A stretch of DNA of 64,000 nucleotides, taken from positions 659,432,001-659,496,000 of the forward strand of contig NC_091282.1 in NCBI RefSeq assembly GCF_032444005.1, read 5' to 3'. A model generated the notes under the pieces. That model ran no database searches. It had not been told where the DNA came from and worked only from the letters and a program-made list of their open reading frames with translations. This stretch comes from Ranitomeya imitator (taxonomy: Eukaryota). Of the stretch, positions 48,301 to 60,150 are shown one piece after another. The position numbers were made by a program, and so were the translations under genes. Position 1 is the first letter of the stretch. Every line of letters begins with the position of its first letter.

Positions 48301-51300
48301 AGGAGCAGTGCTGGACGTCACCTACCAGCAGCCGGGCAGTAAGAGCAGTGCTGGACATCGCCTACCAGCAGCCGGACCAGTAAGAGCAGTGCTGGACGTC
48401 ACCTACCAGCAGCCGGGCAGTAAGAGCAGTGCTGGACGTCGCCTACCAGCAGCCGGGCAGTAAGAGCAGTGCTGGACGTCACCTACCAGCAGCCGGGCAG
48501 TAAGAGCAGTGCTGGACATCGCCTACCAGCAGCCGGACCAGTAAGAGCAGTGCTGGACGTCGCCTACCAGCAGCCGGGCAGTAAGAGCAGTGCTGGACGT
48601 CACCTACCAGCAGCCGGGCAGTAAGAGCAGTGCTGGACGTCGCCTACCAGCAGCCGGGCAGTAAGAGCAGTGCTGGACGTCGCCTACCAGCAGCCGGGCA
48701 GTAAGAGCAGTGCTGGACGTCGCCTACCAGCAGCCGGGCAGTAAGAGCAGTGCTGGACGTCGCCTACCAGCAGCCGGGCAGTAAGAGCAGTGCTGGACGT
48801 CGCCTACCAGCAGCCGGGCAGTAAGAACAGTGCTGGACGTCGCCTACCAGCAGCCGGGCAGTAAGAGCAGTGCTGGACGTCGCCTACCAGCAGCCGGGCA
48901 GTAAGAGCAGTGCTGGACGTCGCCTACCAGCAGCCGGGCAGTAAGAGCAGTGCTGGACGTCGCCTACCAGCAGCCGGGCAGTAAGAGCAGTGCTGGACGT
49001 CGCCTACCAGCAGCCGGGCAGTAAGAGCAGTGCTGGACGTCGCCTACCAGCAGCCGGGCAGTAAGAGCAGTGCTGGACGTCGCCTACCAGCAGCCGGGCA
49101 GTAAGAACAGTGCTGGACGTCGCCTACCAGCAGCCGGGCAGTAAGAGCAGTGCTGGACGTCGCCTACCAGCAGCCGGGCAGTAAGAGCGGTGCTGGACGT
49201 CGCCTACCAGCAGCCGGGCAGTAAGAGCAGTGCTGGACGTCGCCTACCAGCAGCCGGGCAGTAAGAGCAGTGCTGGACGTCGCCTACCAGCAGCCGGGCA
49301 GTAAGAGCAGTGCTGGACGTCACCTACCAGCAGCCGGGCAGTAAGAGCAGTGCTGGACGTCGCCTACCAGCAGCCGGGCAGTAAGAGCAGTGCTGGACGT
49401 CTCCTACCAGCAGCCGGGCAGTAAGAGCAGTGCTGGACGTCACCTACCAGCAGCCAGGCAGTATGAGCAGTGCTAGACGTCGCCTACCAGCAGCCGGGCA
49501 GTAAGAGCAGTGCTAGACGTCGCCTACCAGCAGCCGGACCAGTAAGAGCAGTGCTGGACGTCGCCTACCAGCAGCCGGGCAGTAAGAGCAGTGCTGGACA
49601 TCGCCTACGAGCAGCCGGGCAGTAAGAGCAGTGCTGGACGTCGCCTACCAGCAGCCGGGCAGTAAGAGCAGTGCTAGACGTCGCCTACCAGCAGCCGGGC
49701 AGTAAGAGCAGTGCTGGACGTCACCTACCAGCAGCCGGGCAGTAAGAGCAGTGCTGGACGTCACCTACCAGCAGCCGGGCAGTAAGAGCAGTGCTGGACA
49801 TCGCCTACCAGCAGGAGCAGTGCTGGACGTCACCTACCAGCAGCCGGGCAGTAAGAGCAGTGCTGGACATCACCTACCAGCAGCCGGACCAGTAAGAGCA
49901 GTGCTGGACGTCACCTACCAGCAGCCGGGCAGTAAGAGCAGTGCTGGACGTCGCCTACCAGCAGCCGGGCAGTAAGAGCAGTGCTGGACATCACCTACCA
50001 GCAGCCGGGCAGTAAGAGCAGTGCTGGACGTCACCTACCAGCAGCCGGGCAGTAAGAGCAGTGCTGGACGTCGCCTACCAGCAGCCGGGCAGTAAGAGCA
50101 GTGCTGGACATCGCCTACCAGCAGGAGCAGTGCTGGACGTCACCTACCAGCAGCCGGGCAGTAAGAGCAGTGCTGGACATCGCCTACCAGCAGCCGGACC
50201 AGTAAGAGCAGTGCTGGACGTCACCTACCAGCAGCCGGGCAGTAAGAGCAGTGCTGGACGTCGCCTACCAGCAGCCGGGCAGTAAGAGCAGTGCTGGACG
50301 TCGCCTACCAGCAGCCGGGCAGTAAGAGCAGTGCTGGACGTCGCCTACCAGCAGGAGCAGTGCTGGACGTCACTTACCAGCAGCCGGGCAGTACGAGCAG
50401 TGCTGGACATCGCCTACCAGCAGCCGGACCAGTAAGAGCAGTGCTGGACGTCACCTACCAGCAGCCGGGCAGTAAGAGCAGTGCTGGACGTCGCCTACCA
50501 GCAGCCGGGCAGTAAGAGCAGTGCTGGATGTCGCCTACCAGCAGCCGGGCAGTAAGAGCATTGCTGGACATCACCTACCAGCAGCCGGGCAGTAAGAGCA
50601 GTGCTGGACGTCACCTACCAGCAGCCGGGCAGTAAGAGCAGTGCTGGACGTCACCTACCAGCAGCCGGGCAGTAAGAGCAGTGCTGGACGTCACCTACCA
50701 GCAGGAGCAGTGCTGGACGTCACCTACCAGCAGGAGCAGTGCTGGACGTCACCTACCAGCAGGAGCAGTGCTGGACGTCACCTACCAGCAGCCGGGCAGT
50801 AAGAGCAGTGCTGGACGTCGCCTACCAGCAGCCGGGCAGTAAGAGCAGTGCTGGACGTCGCCTACCAGCAGCCGGGCAGTAAGAGCAGTGCTGGACATCG
50901 CCTACCAGCAGCCGGGCAGTAAGAGCAGTGCTGGACGTCGCCTACCAGCAGCAGGGCAGTATGAGCAGTGCTAGACGTCGCCTACCAGCAGCCGGGCAGT
51001 AAGAGCAGTGCTGGACGTCGCCTACCAGCAGCAGGGCAGTATGAGCAGTGCTGGACGTCACCTACCAGCAGGAGCAGTGCTGGACGTCACCTACCAGCAG
51101 GAGCAGTGCTGGACATCGCCTACCAGCAGCCGGGCAGTAAGAGCAGTGCTGGACGTCGCCTACCAGCAGCCGGGCAGTAAGAGCAGTGCTGGACATCGCC
51201 TACCAGCAGCCGGGCAGTAAGAGCAGTGCTGGACATCGCCTACCAGCAGCCGGGCAGTAAGAGCAGTGCTGGACGTCGCCTACCAGCAGCAGGGCAGTAT

Positions 51301-53502
51301 GAGCAGTGCTAGACGTCGCCTACCAGCAGCCGGGCAGTAAGAGCAGTGCTAGACGTCGCCTACCAGCAGCCGGGCAGTAAGAGCAGTGCTGGATGTCACC
51401 TACCAGCAGCCGGACCAGTAAGAGCAGTGCTAGACGTCGCCTACCAGCAGCCGGGCAGTAAGAGCAGTGCTGGACATCGCCTACCAGCAGCCGGGCAGTA
51501 AGAGCAGTGCTGGACATCGCCTACGAGCAGCCGGGCAGTAAGAGCAGTGCTGGACGTCACCTACCAGCAGCCGGGCAGTAAGAGCAGTGCTGGACATCGC
51601 CTACCAGCAGGAGCAGTGCTGGACGTCACCTACCAGCAGCCGGGCAGTAAGAGCAGTGCTGGACATCGCCTACCAGCAGCCGGACCAGTAAGAGCAGTGC
51701 TGGACGTCACCTACCAGCAGCCGGGCAGTAAGAGCAGTGCTGGACGTCGCCTACCAGCAGCCGGGCAGTAAGAGCAGTGCTGGACGTCACCTACCAGCAG
51801 CCGGGCAGTAAGAGCAGTGCTGGACATCGCCTACCAGCAGCCGGACCAGTAAGAGCAGTGCTGGACGTCGCCTACCAGCAGCCGGGCAGTAAGAGCAGTG
51901 CTGGACGTCACCTACCAGCAGCCGGGCAGTAAGAGCAGTGCTGGACGTCGCCTACCAGCAGCCGGGCAGTAAGAGCAGTGCTGGACGTCGCCTACCAGCA
52001 GCCGGGCAGTAAGAGCAGTGCTGGACGTCGCCTACCAGCAGCCGGGCAGTAAGAGCAGTGCTGGACGTCGCCTACCAGCAGCCGGGCAGTAAGAGCAGTG
52101 CTGGACGTCGCCTACCAGCAGCCGGGCAGTAAGAACAGTGCTGGACGTCGCCTACCAGCAGCCGGGCAGTAAGAGCAGTGCTGGACGTCGCCTACCAGCA
52201 GCCGGGCAGTAAGAGCAGTGCTGGACGTCGCCTACCAGCAGCCGGGCAGTAAGAGCAGTGCTGGACGTCGCCTACCAGCAGCCGGGCAGTAAGAGCAGTG
52301 CTGGACGTCACCTACCAGCAGCCGGGCAGTAAGAGCAGTGCTGGACGTCGCCTACCAGCAGCCGGGCAGTAAGAGCAGTGCTGGACGTCTCCTACCAGCA
52401 GCCGGGCAGTAAGAGCAGTGCTGGACGTCTCCTACCAGCAGCCGGGCAGTAAGAGCAGTGCTGGACGTTGCCTACCAGCAGCCGGGCAGTAAGAGCAGTG
52501 CTGGACATGGTAGAAAAACACAATGGAGCAACCATCAGCTCACTGGGTTGAGAAATTCCTAGAATATGGGTGCGGTGCACGGAGACTTCAGGCTGGTTTC
52601 CTGAGTAAATGAACAGTGGAAAAAAATGAGAAAATCCAGCAACCACAAAAGTCATAAGACATTACAATTATTAGATTTAACACATGAAAAGAAAATTTTT
52701 TTTTATAAAAAACACAGCATTGTTTTTTTTACATTTTTCATGTGTTAAATTTAATAAAATGTAATGTTTTATGACTTTTGTGGTTGCTGGATTTTCCCAT
52801 TTTTTTCACTGCTGGACATCACTTCCCAGCAGTGCTCTTACTGCCAGCTACTGGTATCAGAAATTGCTCTGATCACAGCAGTTTAACCAGAGCTCAGTTA
52901 ATTGCAGGGACAGCATGTGCGCAGTGGGGCTACTTATATGTATTCGCATGACTTTTGGGCCGCCATCTTGGTACACCTTCACACCCTGTGACAAGGCACC
53001 GTGGGTGCAGTATGCTATTTGTTAGGCTTCTATAAAAATGGAGGGATGGGAAAAGGCAGGGAATGAAATGCGGGGTGAGGACATCTTGGCGTGATCATCG
53101 CTGGAGGCAGATAGTGTAAGAATATATGGATTGTCAGCTCCTCAGACTACACTAACTTGTGCTAAGTCACCATAGAAGCAGCCAATCAAAATGAGCCTAT
53201 GAAACTTAAAACCAATCACAAATGGTATAACAAAACACACAACCAATCAGGACGCGGAAGCAACTAACAACGATACACACGGACCAATCACAACATAAAA
53301 AAGTCACAGCAACCAATCACATCGAATGAGCATGCGAGAGAGGACCTCACTTTCCCGCATCCATCAGCCCCGCCAGGAACTTGTCCACCACCATATTGAA
53401 CAAGAGGAGACGCCCGGACTCGTCCGGTTCGGCAGTCGCTGGTTCTGGAGCCTCAGCTGCAGACGACGAGGCTCGTTCCTCCACTTCCACCTTCTCCGCC
53501 AT
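42387..53502 (-). CDS. PMF1: Polyamine-modulated factor 1 (MIS12 kinetochore complex Nnf1-family subunit), 5 exons, 205 aa
   Basis: Exons 53502-53351 (MAEKVEVEE...LFNMVVDKFLAGLMDAG), 43091-42986 (YQRFANCYRRLYKMGPEMTRSIYEQFMTQLHSFIN), 42908-42808 (AEILELREDGKLEVLLDSLD...W), 42727-42532 (RPSGIPEEDVRSHLVPYLLKQR...QVWQ) and 42449-42387 (SLSQSQRDLLLSLHGSRDGI*). GT-AG, total 618 nt; AATAAA at 42311-42316 on the minus strand. Confidence 0.93.
43180..52510. repeat. 40-bp satellite filling PMF1 intron 1, with higher-order structure
   Basis: CCAGCAGCCGGGCAGTAAGAGCAGTGCTGGACGTCGCCTA plus a 29-bp deletion variant; degenerate at 43180-45430, homogeneous at 45430-52510. Confidence 0.97.
43503..43681. repeat. 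Inverted repeat (about 46-bp arms, about 87-bp spacer) inserted in the satellite
   Basis: CATCCAAAAAAGAAGAAAAAAAAAGTAGTTAGCACTCACCAAGCCCG and its reverse complement (A-run two bases shorter). The GCACTCAC...CTTTATT motif resembles Penelope-like remnants (inference). Confidence 0.7.
52614..52811. mobile_element. AT-rich palindromic MITE-like element
   Basis: CAGTGGAAAAAAATGAGAAAATCCAGCAACCACAAAAGTCATAA... and its near reverse complement ending ...TTTTTTTCACTG; arms about 75 bp. Confidence 0.7.
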
Positions 53503-53529
53503 CGTCCCAGACCCACTGTTTTTCCCGCC

Positions 53530-53750
53530 ACACGCTTCTTACTTTCTGATTGGCTGATCTGGCTGTCACTCACAAGAGCCACTTCCGGCGTGTCACGTGA
53601 CTGGCTGAAGAAACAGGCATGATAGAAAATGTTTTGTAACGAGTTTGTGGAACACGATGATATTGGTCAGCGGCCTCAGATGTAACGGCAGCCTGTATGT
53701 GGTGCCGGGAGGCCCCCGGTAACGGCGGCACCTGTTGCTAGGCAACAGGA
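53530..53750 (-). promoter_or_regulatory. PMF1 promoter
   Basis: CCAAT (53549-53553, minus), ETS CCGGAAGT (53581-53588, minus), GTCACGTGAC (53592-53601), X-box GTTGCTAGGCAAC (53734-53746); CpG-rich. Confidence 0.7.
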
Positions 53751-54315
53751 CACGTCGTCTGTTTATGGCTGCAGCCACATCGCCAATGCGACTCAAGGTC
53801 TGAGCACATCGTGTGTTACCCAGACCGTAAATTAGTGCCGTGTGTACGGACCCTAGGGTGAGAGCGTACGGGACTGCCGGGCGTGGAGAGGGGCAGCATT
53901 GCCGTGCCGAGCACCAGTTTGGGGAAGAAATGCAATGTGTGACTACATAGCACCGTGCTATCCTGTGTGCACTAATGGGCAACTCCCGCTAAGCCTTTCC
54001 GGTAGACTGTCGGTTCCCCGGGGCCGTTCTGGTAGATGATAGTCTCCAATGGGAAGTTTACAGTAGATAGATGGTCATGTCACCCTGGCAGTTTCTGATA
54101 GACGGTCGTTTCCGGGAGATGGTGGTGTCACCCTGGTAGTTTCCAGTAGATGGTAGTGTCCCGCTGGGGGTTGACGGTAGATGGTCTTCCCCTCGGTGAG
54201 TTTCCGGTTGGCAGTTTCCGGTAGATGATCGGGTCCCGCTGAAAGTTTTCGGTAGACTGTTGTCTCACGGTTGGAGTTTCCCGTAGATGGTCATGTCACA
54301 GTGGGGAGTTTCTAG

Positions 54316-54880
54316 AAAGGGTTAAATGCCTTTGGGCCACTGATCTCACACTGCAGACATATAGAACAGGGCGCCCCACATCCAAACCAGTTATTTCCAG
54401 CCTGGCCCAAATGGGTTCTGGGCATCAGAACTGGCATCAAAGTGGGCAAACAGCCCATTTTCTCAGATTTGAATAAGTAACTGATGGTTTTAAGGGGTTA
54501 AATGCTTTTGGGCCACTGATCTGACACTTAAAATACACAGACAGTGATGCCCTGCATCAAACCCAGGTTCCTTCAAGCCTGGCTTAAATGGGTTCTGGGC
54601 ATCAGAACTGGCGTCAAAGTGGGCAATCCGTGAAAATGGGCTGTTTGCCCACTTTGATGCCAGTTTTGGTGTCAGATCAGTGGCTCAAAGGCATTTAACT
54701 CCTTAAAAACATCAGTTACTTATTCAAATGTGTGAAAATAGGCTGTGTGCCCACTTTGATGCCAGTTCTGATGCCCAGAACCCATTTGGGCCAGACTGGA
54801 AAGAACTGGTTTGGATGTGGGGCACCCTGTTCTATATGTCTGCAGTGTGAGATCAGTGGCCCAAAGGCATTTAACCCTTT
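54316..54880. repeat. 565-bp foldback (inverted) repeat built of AAGGGTTAA-bounded units
   Basis: AAAGGGTTAAATGCCTTTGGGCCACTGATCTCACACTGCAGACATATAGAACAGGG... at the left; its reverse complement at the right end. Confidence 0.85.
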
Positions 54881-55046
54881 CTTCAGCGCTCTTTGATGCC
54901 CAGTTTTGTGCCATTTTATTGTTTTTGTAGCCGTTTTTAGGCGTATTCACATGAGAGCAGCTCACTGCATTGTCTTTTGTTATTGTGATGCTTATTTTTT
55001 GCTGTTAAACCTATAAAAAAACAGAAAAGAAAAAATTGCCGAATAA

Positions 55047-55468
55047 GGCTACTTTCACACTAGCGTTTTCTGCGATCCGTCACAATGCGTCGTTTTGCAG
55101 AAAAAACGCATCCTGCAAAAGTGCTTGCAGGATGCATTTTTTCCCCATAGACTTGCATTGACGACGCATTTGCGACGGATTGCCACACGTCGCATCCGTC
55201 GAGCAACGGATGCGTCGTGCTTTTGCGGACCGTTGGGAGAAAAAAACGCTACATGTAACGTTTTTTTTCTCCTGACGGACCGCTTTTTCCGACCGCGCAT
55301 GCGCGGACGGAACTCCGCCCCCACCTCCCCGCACCTTACAATGGGGCAGCGGATGCACCGGAAAAATGCATCCGCTGCACCCATTGTGCAATGCAGCAAA
55401 CGCTAGCGTCGGAATCTCTCCCCGACGCATTGCGACAGGGAGATTCCGACACTAGTGTGAAAGAAGCC
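55047..55468. mobile_element. PIF/Harbinger-type MITE
   Basis: GGCTACTTTCACACTAG ... CTAGTGTGAAAGAAGCC with perfect TAA TSD. Confidence 0.88.
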
Positions 55469-56865
55469 TAAGACACAAACTTCAGCCTCGTAAGATGTCA
55501 GGACACGCGGCCTGCGACACAACACACTGGTTCGAGTGAACATGCTGCCTTGTTCACCACTATGGAGACTGGAGGATCAGAACTAGTGTTAAGTAATGGA
55601 TGATGGCAGCCGGCTCAGAAGAATAATGTTTTCCATTTCATGAATGGTTGAAGTCACTCCTGGGGGATCCCAAAAGGTGGATTTGTCTCACACGGGGAGA
55701 CCAGTACTATGATGTTTTCCACAAGGTTCAAATTACACAATGGACACTTGGGTTTATGAGTTTTATACCTGAGGATGACACCGGCTGACAAAGGCACCGC
55801 GATAGGGCAGTGTTCCACCTCCAATTATGGCAGACGAGTGATTTGAGGATCGAGGCGAAGACTTGTCTCCAAACTTTGAAGCCTTTAGCAGGTTGCCCAT
55901 CTCTGTGATTCAGAGAGACTGCACCCAGTAACCCAGAAGACGCCTGCGGCATAATGTTGAGTCCACCTCTCACTTGAGATATACACTTTTTTTTAGCTTT
56001 CTTAATTTTTGACATTTAATAGCCAAAAGGGACGGGTTGTGTTGAACAGAACAAGAGAAATAAGAAAAGGGTCAGTCGATCGATAAACCAGGTTATTTCC
56101 TTGAAAGTCATCACCCATAGGGGACACGGCGACATCCACATCCCCACTATTGTTAGTAGGAGTTGGACTGCCTGTAGGTACAAATACAAGAGGTCACACA
56201 GTAGCAGATCAGACCTTATCGACCCCTCTGTCATCATCTGACCAAACTTAAGTTTAATAACCTGCAACGCGTTCTGGATGAGGGGGTTAATAATTAACCA
56301 TTGCACAGAGGGGGAAAAAAAAAAAACGACAAATGAAAAGACAAACACAAAAACTAAAAACAAAAAAGGCCAAATATTAAAAAGGATTAAAAAAAAGCCA
56401 CCATAAAAAATATTTTCAACCAGAGAATGACAAGGCCGCCTCGTTCTTTCACGTGTCAACTAAGTCCAGATTTGGCAATCACAAAAATAAAATGAGTCGT
56501 GTAGGGCTCGGTATAAAAATCTCCACGTTTTTCTAGAAACATAAAGGAATAAAAATAAGGCCGTCATGTGTTCCCACAAAATCATTTTGGTGGTCACATT
56601 GGAGAAAAATCAACACTGGCTGCCTGCTGATGCCGAATTCCTGGTAGGACCACAAGGAGCCCCAGTGCAGAAGAAGTGGTTTTCTTGACAAGACGGCGGC
56701 TGGTCCTGACAGCATAAGATACGGTCCATGTGCACATTGCACAAAATAAATATATACACACATTGTGTACTCTCCAGTGAAATCGCAAGTCCTTCGTCGT
56801 GTTCTCCACTGTCCTGGGTGCATCATAAACATATACACGTTAGTACCGCCACTATAGAGGTACAG

Positions 56866-58201
56866 TCACCAGTGTCTGGAGTCCACCAGCTCCGGGCGGA
56901 GGCTCAGCTTCTTCAGAGTCTCATAGCCCACCACTATAACAATGGTGGAGGGGGTGGATGAGATAATCCGAGCAGAAAGGCCTTTAGTCAGACCCCAGGG
57001 TCCCTCCTCAACCATGAGCTGCCGAAACGTGTTAATAATTGAGCTTTTCCCTTCCACCTGCAATAAGAAATTAATGATTATAATCCAATACACACATAGA
57101 AGAAAACAACTACTGTAATTCTGCCCCTAAGGTACAATATTGGGGGCGTTGTAGCCCTTCCTGGTGACACAAGAAAGATCTGTCCATCAGCTCTGGATGT
57201 GACTGGAGGACAGGACTGATCGCAGCAGACTAAACTCCCATATGCCTGATGGGGCTAGCTTGTTTACTAGGTGGACGATAACTAAGCTTCTCCCAACTGG
57301 TCCATTTCTTCCCATCATGTGGTTACCTGCACCCGGGCTCTTATGACGTCCATCGGGTTGGTGATGGTCGATGCTGTGGCTGCAGCCAGTGGGCCGGAGA
57401 TGGCTTGAAGCAAGAGATGAGGGCAATCCTGGGGCGTCAAGCGGGACAGTTGTTCTAGAACAGCGAGAACAAGAATCAATATAAGGAGCACAGACAGCCC
57501 CATCCCCACCTCAAGTGACTAGATAGGCGGTATTCTCCATGATGTCACCTCTGCTCTCTAGCATGTATTAAGGACCTACCTGCGTAGAAGTGATAGAACG
57601 GCCACCAGACGGCGCTGTTGGGGATGTAGGTGAGCAGTGAGGCCACATATCCCCGGTAGAAGCCCTTCAGACCATCAGCCTTGAAGATTTGAAGGATGAT
57701 GTCCTTGGTCTGTCCGAACATAACGGCTTGTTTCCGGTCGTTGGCTCGTACGCGGAATCGGCCCATACTCTCACCCACCCGCTGCATCATGAGGTGCTGG
57801 GAAATGACATCAATGGGTACAGTAATGCTCTGAGCCACCAGCGACGCAGAGCCTCCTGCCACCAGCGACTTCACCGTGTTGCTGCTGCTGTACTGAGAGA
57901 CGTATTTGCGGGTCAGTTCGTAGGTGGTGACGTAGCACTGGCCGGAGATCAGCGTGAAGGTATTCACCAGGAATCCGCGGTAAAGTCCGGCAGCGCCCTC
58001 TGACCGCAGGATCTTCACAAAGGCATCAAACGTTCCGTTGTACAGACTCTTCCCCTTCTGGACCTGAAGCCGCGTCCGGATCAGAGTGAAGGGGTAAACG
58101 CTGACCCGGATCATCATGGTCATACACACCCCAAACACATAGAACTTCTTCTTGTCCAGATGCTCCCACTCTATGATCTGGATGTTCCTCTTGTCCTCCA
58201 T
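56866..58201 (-). CDS. SLC25A44: Mitochondrial carrier SLC25A44, 3 coding exons, 313 aa
   Basis: Exons 58201-57580 (MEDKRNIQIIEWEHLDKKKFY...), 57454-57327 and 57057-56866 (...RPELVDSRHW*). Three mitochondrial-carrier signature motifs (PFTLIRTRLQ, PIDVISQHLM, PMDVIRARVQ). Total 942 nt. A probable non-coding exon 1 ends at 59500 (GTAAGT donor); acceptor of the ATG exon at 58230. Confidence 0.97.
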
Positions 58202-58249
58202 GTCTCCCAGGGGAAGAAGTCACCTCCACCTGCTGAGAGAGCAACATAC

Positions 58250-58880
58250 AGCCGCTATAACCTGGGCATCTCCTGTATATAATTATATATGTACAGCTGG
58301 TATAACCTGGGCATCTCCTGTATATAATTATATATGTACAGCTGGTATAACTTGGGTATCTCCGGTATATAATTATATATGTACAGCTGGTATAACCTGG
58401 GCATCTCCTGTATATAATTATATATGTACAGCTGGTATAACCTGGGCATCTCCTGTATATAATTATATATGTACAGCTGGTATAACCTGGGCATCTCCTG
58501 TATATAATTATATATGTACAGCTGGTATAACCCGGGCATCTCCTGTATATAATTATATATGTACAGCTGGTATAACCTGGGCATCTCCTGTATATAATTA
58601 TATATGTACAGCTGGTATAACCTGGGCATCTCCTGTATATAATTATATATGTACAGCTGGTATAACCTGGGCATCTCCTGTATATAATTATATATGTGCA
58701 GCTGGTATAACCTGGGCATCTCCTGTATATAATTATATATGTACAGCTGGTATAACCTGGGCATCTCCTGTATATAATTATATATGTACAGCTGGTATAA
58801 CCTGGGCATCTCCTGTATATAATTATATATGTACAGCTGGTATAACCGGGGGCATCTCCTGTATATAATTATATATGTAT
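58250..58880. repeat. 45-bp minisatellite in SLC25A44 intron 1
   Basis: CTGGTATAACCTGGGCATCTCCTGTATATAATTATATATGTACAG, about 14 near-identical copies. Confidence 0.95.
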
Positions 58881-59499
58881 GGCTGCTATTACCTGGGCAT
58901 TATCTGTAGTGATGCAGTAGTGCACAATTGCCCTGTTATCTCAGGCGCCATCTCCAGCCTCTTTTACATTCAATGCTGATGTGATAAAGTAGGAGCCCCT
59001 GACCTTTTCTCACCTCCCCCCCCCCCAACTCTGGGTTAACCTTTTCGGGTGTGGCTCCTGGGACGGTGGGCACTGTGGCTCATTACACCCCTCTCACCAT
59101 ATTGTGTCATGTATGAGGACCCTGCACCGGCTGTAGGGACCACACAACCACTTACCTCTCACAGGGCACCGTCCTCTGGGGGGCGCAGCGCCATCATCCC
59201 TGGCAGAGGCTGCAAACACATCACCTGATGAGATACAGACACAGCTCAGATACAGCAGTCAGATACACCCCTGATGTCTCAGCACACCCTGGAAGCTCCT
59301 GGCTGGGACTTGTCATCCCAAAGCAGATCAGTCTGTACTGTGCTCCCACAGGACATGCTGGGACTTGTAGCTCCACAGCAGTGGAAGGTATACTAGGCTC
59401 CTCAGGACATGCTGAGGGTTGTAGTGCGCATGCAAGGCTCATGGCCTTCCCCAGGCTGCGGTACCTCTCCCTTCGCTCCACGTGTGCACCGGGACTTAC

Positions 59500-59940
59500 T
59501 AGCAGCGGCCGCTCCTGCACCCTCTCTTCCTGGGGACACCTTGCTCCACCACTCGCCTGCCCCACAACCGGAAGCCAAAGGCCCGACCGGAGCAGCCAAT
59601 TACAGCGCTGTGTGGCGTCACGTGACAACCCTAGTCTCTTAAAGGGCCAGCGCTAGCGAGTCACGTGACCCCACTGACACGGTTCCCCGGCTCTGTTGCC
59701 TGCCAGGTCTATTTGCATTATATATTTGTTACCCATTCTGTAATTAATGCTACGTCTGCATTCCGTTTCCCTGGCAACGGCGTGCACAGTCTACTCCTTT
59801 TGCCCATACTTGACATGGCCACCGGTGACTTCAGTAGGCGGAGACTGCCAGTAGTTACAATGGCTGCCATCATGCTTGTGACATGAATAGTAGGAGTCTG
59901 ATGACAGGAGGGGCTGATGGAGGAGCAGGTGCCTCAGGGG
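59500..59940. promoter_or_regulatory. Bidirectional promoter of SLC25A44 (-) and TOMM40L (+)
   Basis: CCGGAAG 59568-59574, CCAAT 59596-59600, two GTCACGTGAC palindromes (59617-59626, 59660-59669), X-box-like GTTTCCCTGGCAAC 59765-59778. Divergent splice donors at 59499 (minus) and 59940 (plus). Confidence 0.7.
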
Positions 59941-60150
59941 TGAGTCCTGGGTGCAGACATCCGTTCTTATGTGTTATGAGGGGTTTAGTGCCCCCATTCT
60001 ACATGTCTAGGGTCTGCGGTGTCCGTGTTCCCAGCTGACACTTTTTCTCATCTCAGGTGTTGCTGATAATGTTGGAGCCACCCCACGTATGTGAGTATCA
60101 GTCTGAGCCCAGCGCCCCCCGACACTGACTGCAGCCAGCAATCCCCCACC

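Noticed and set aside
45594-51771. Many identical 65-74 aa ORFs and a CRISPR-like look
   Set aside because: Head-to-tail 40-bp satellite without unique spacers, in a eukaryotic intron; not CRISPR and not coding.
53326-53982. ORFs over the PMF1 promoter and exon 1 in other frames
   Set aside because: GC-rich shadow ORFs; the true PMF1 frame starts at 53502.
58152-58868. 238-aa and 184-aa repetitive ORFs
   Set aside because: 45-bp minisatellite in SLC25A44 intron 1.
60057-60090. Micro-exon upstream of the TOMM40L ATG
   Set aside because: It has AG and GT borders, but the following intron to 60134 would be only 44 nt; cannot be supported without transcripts.
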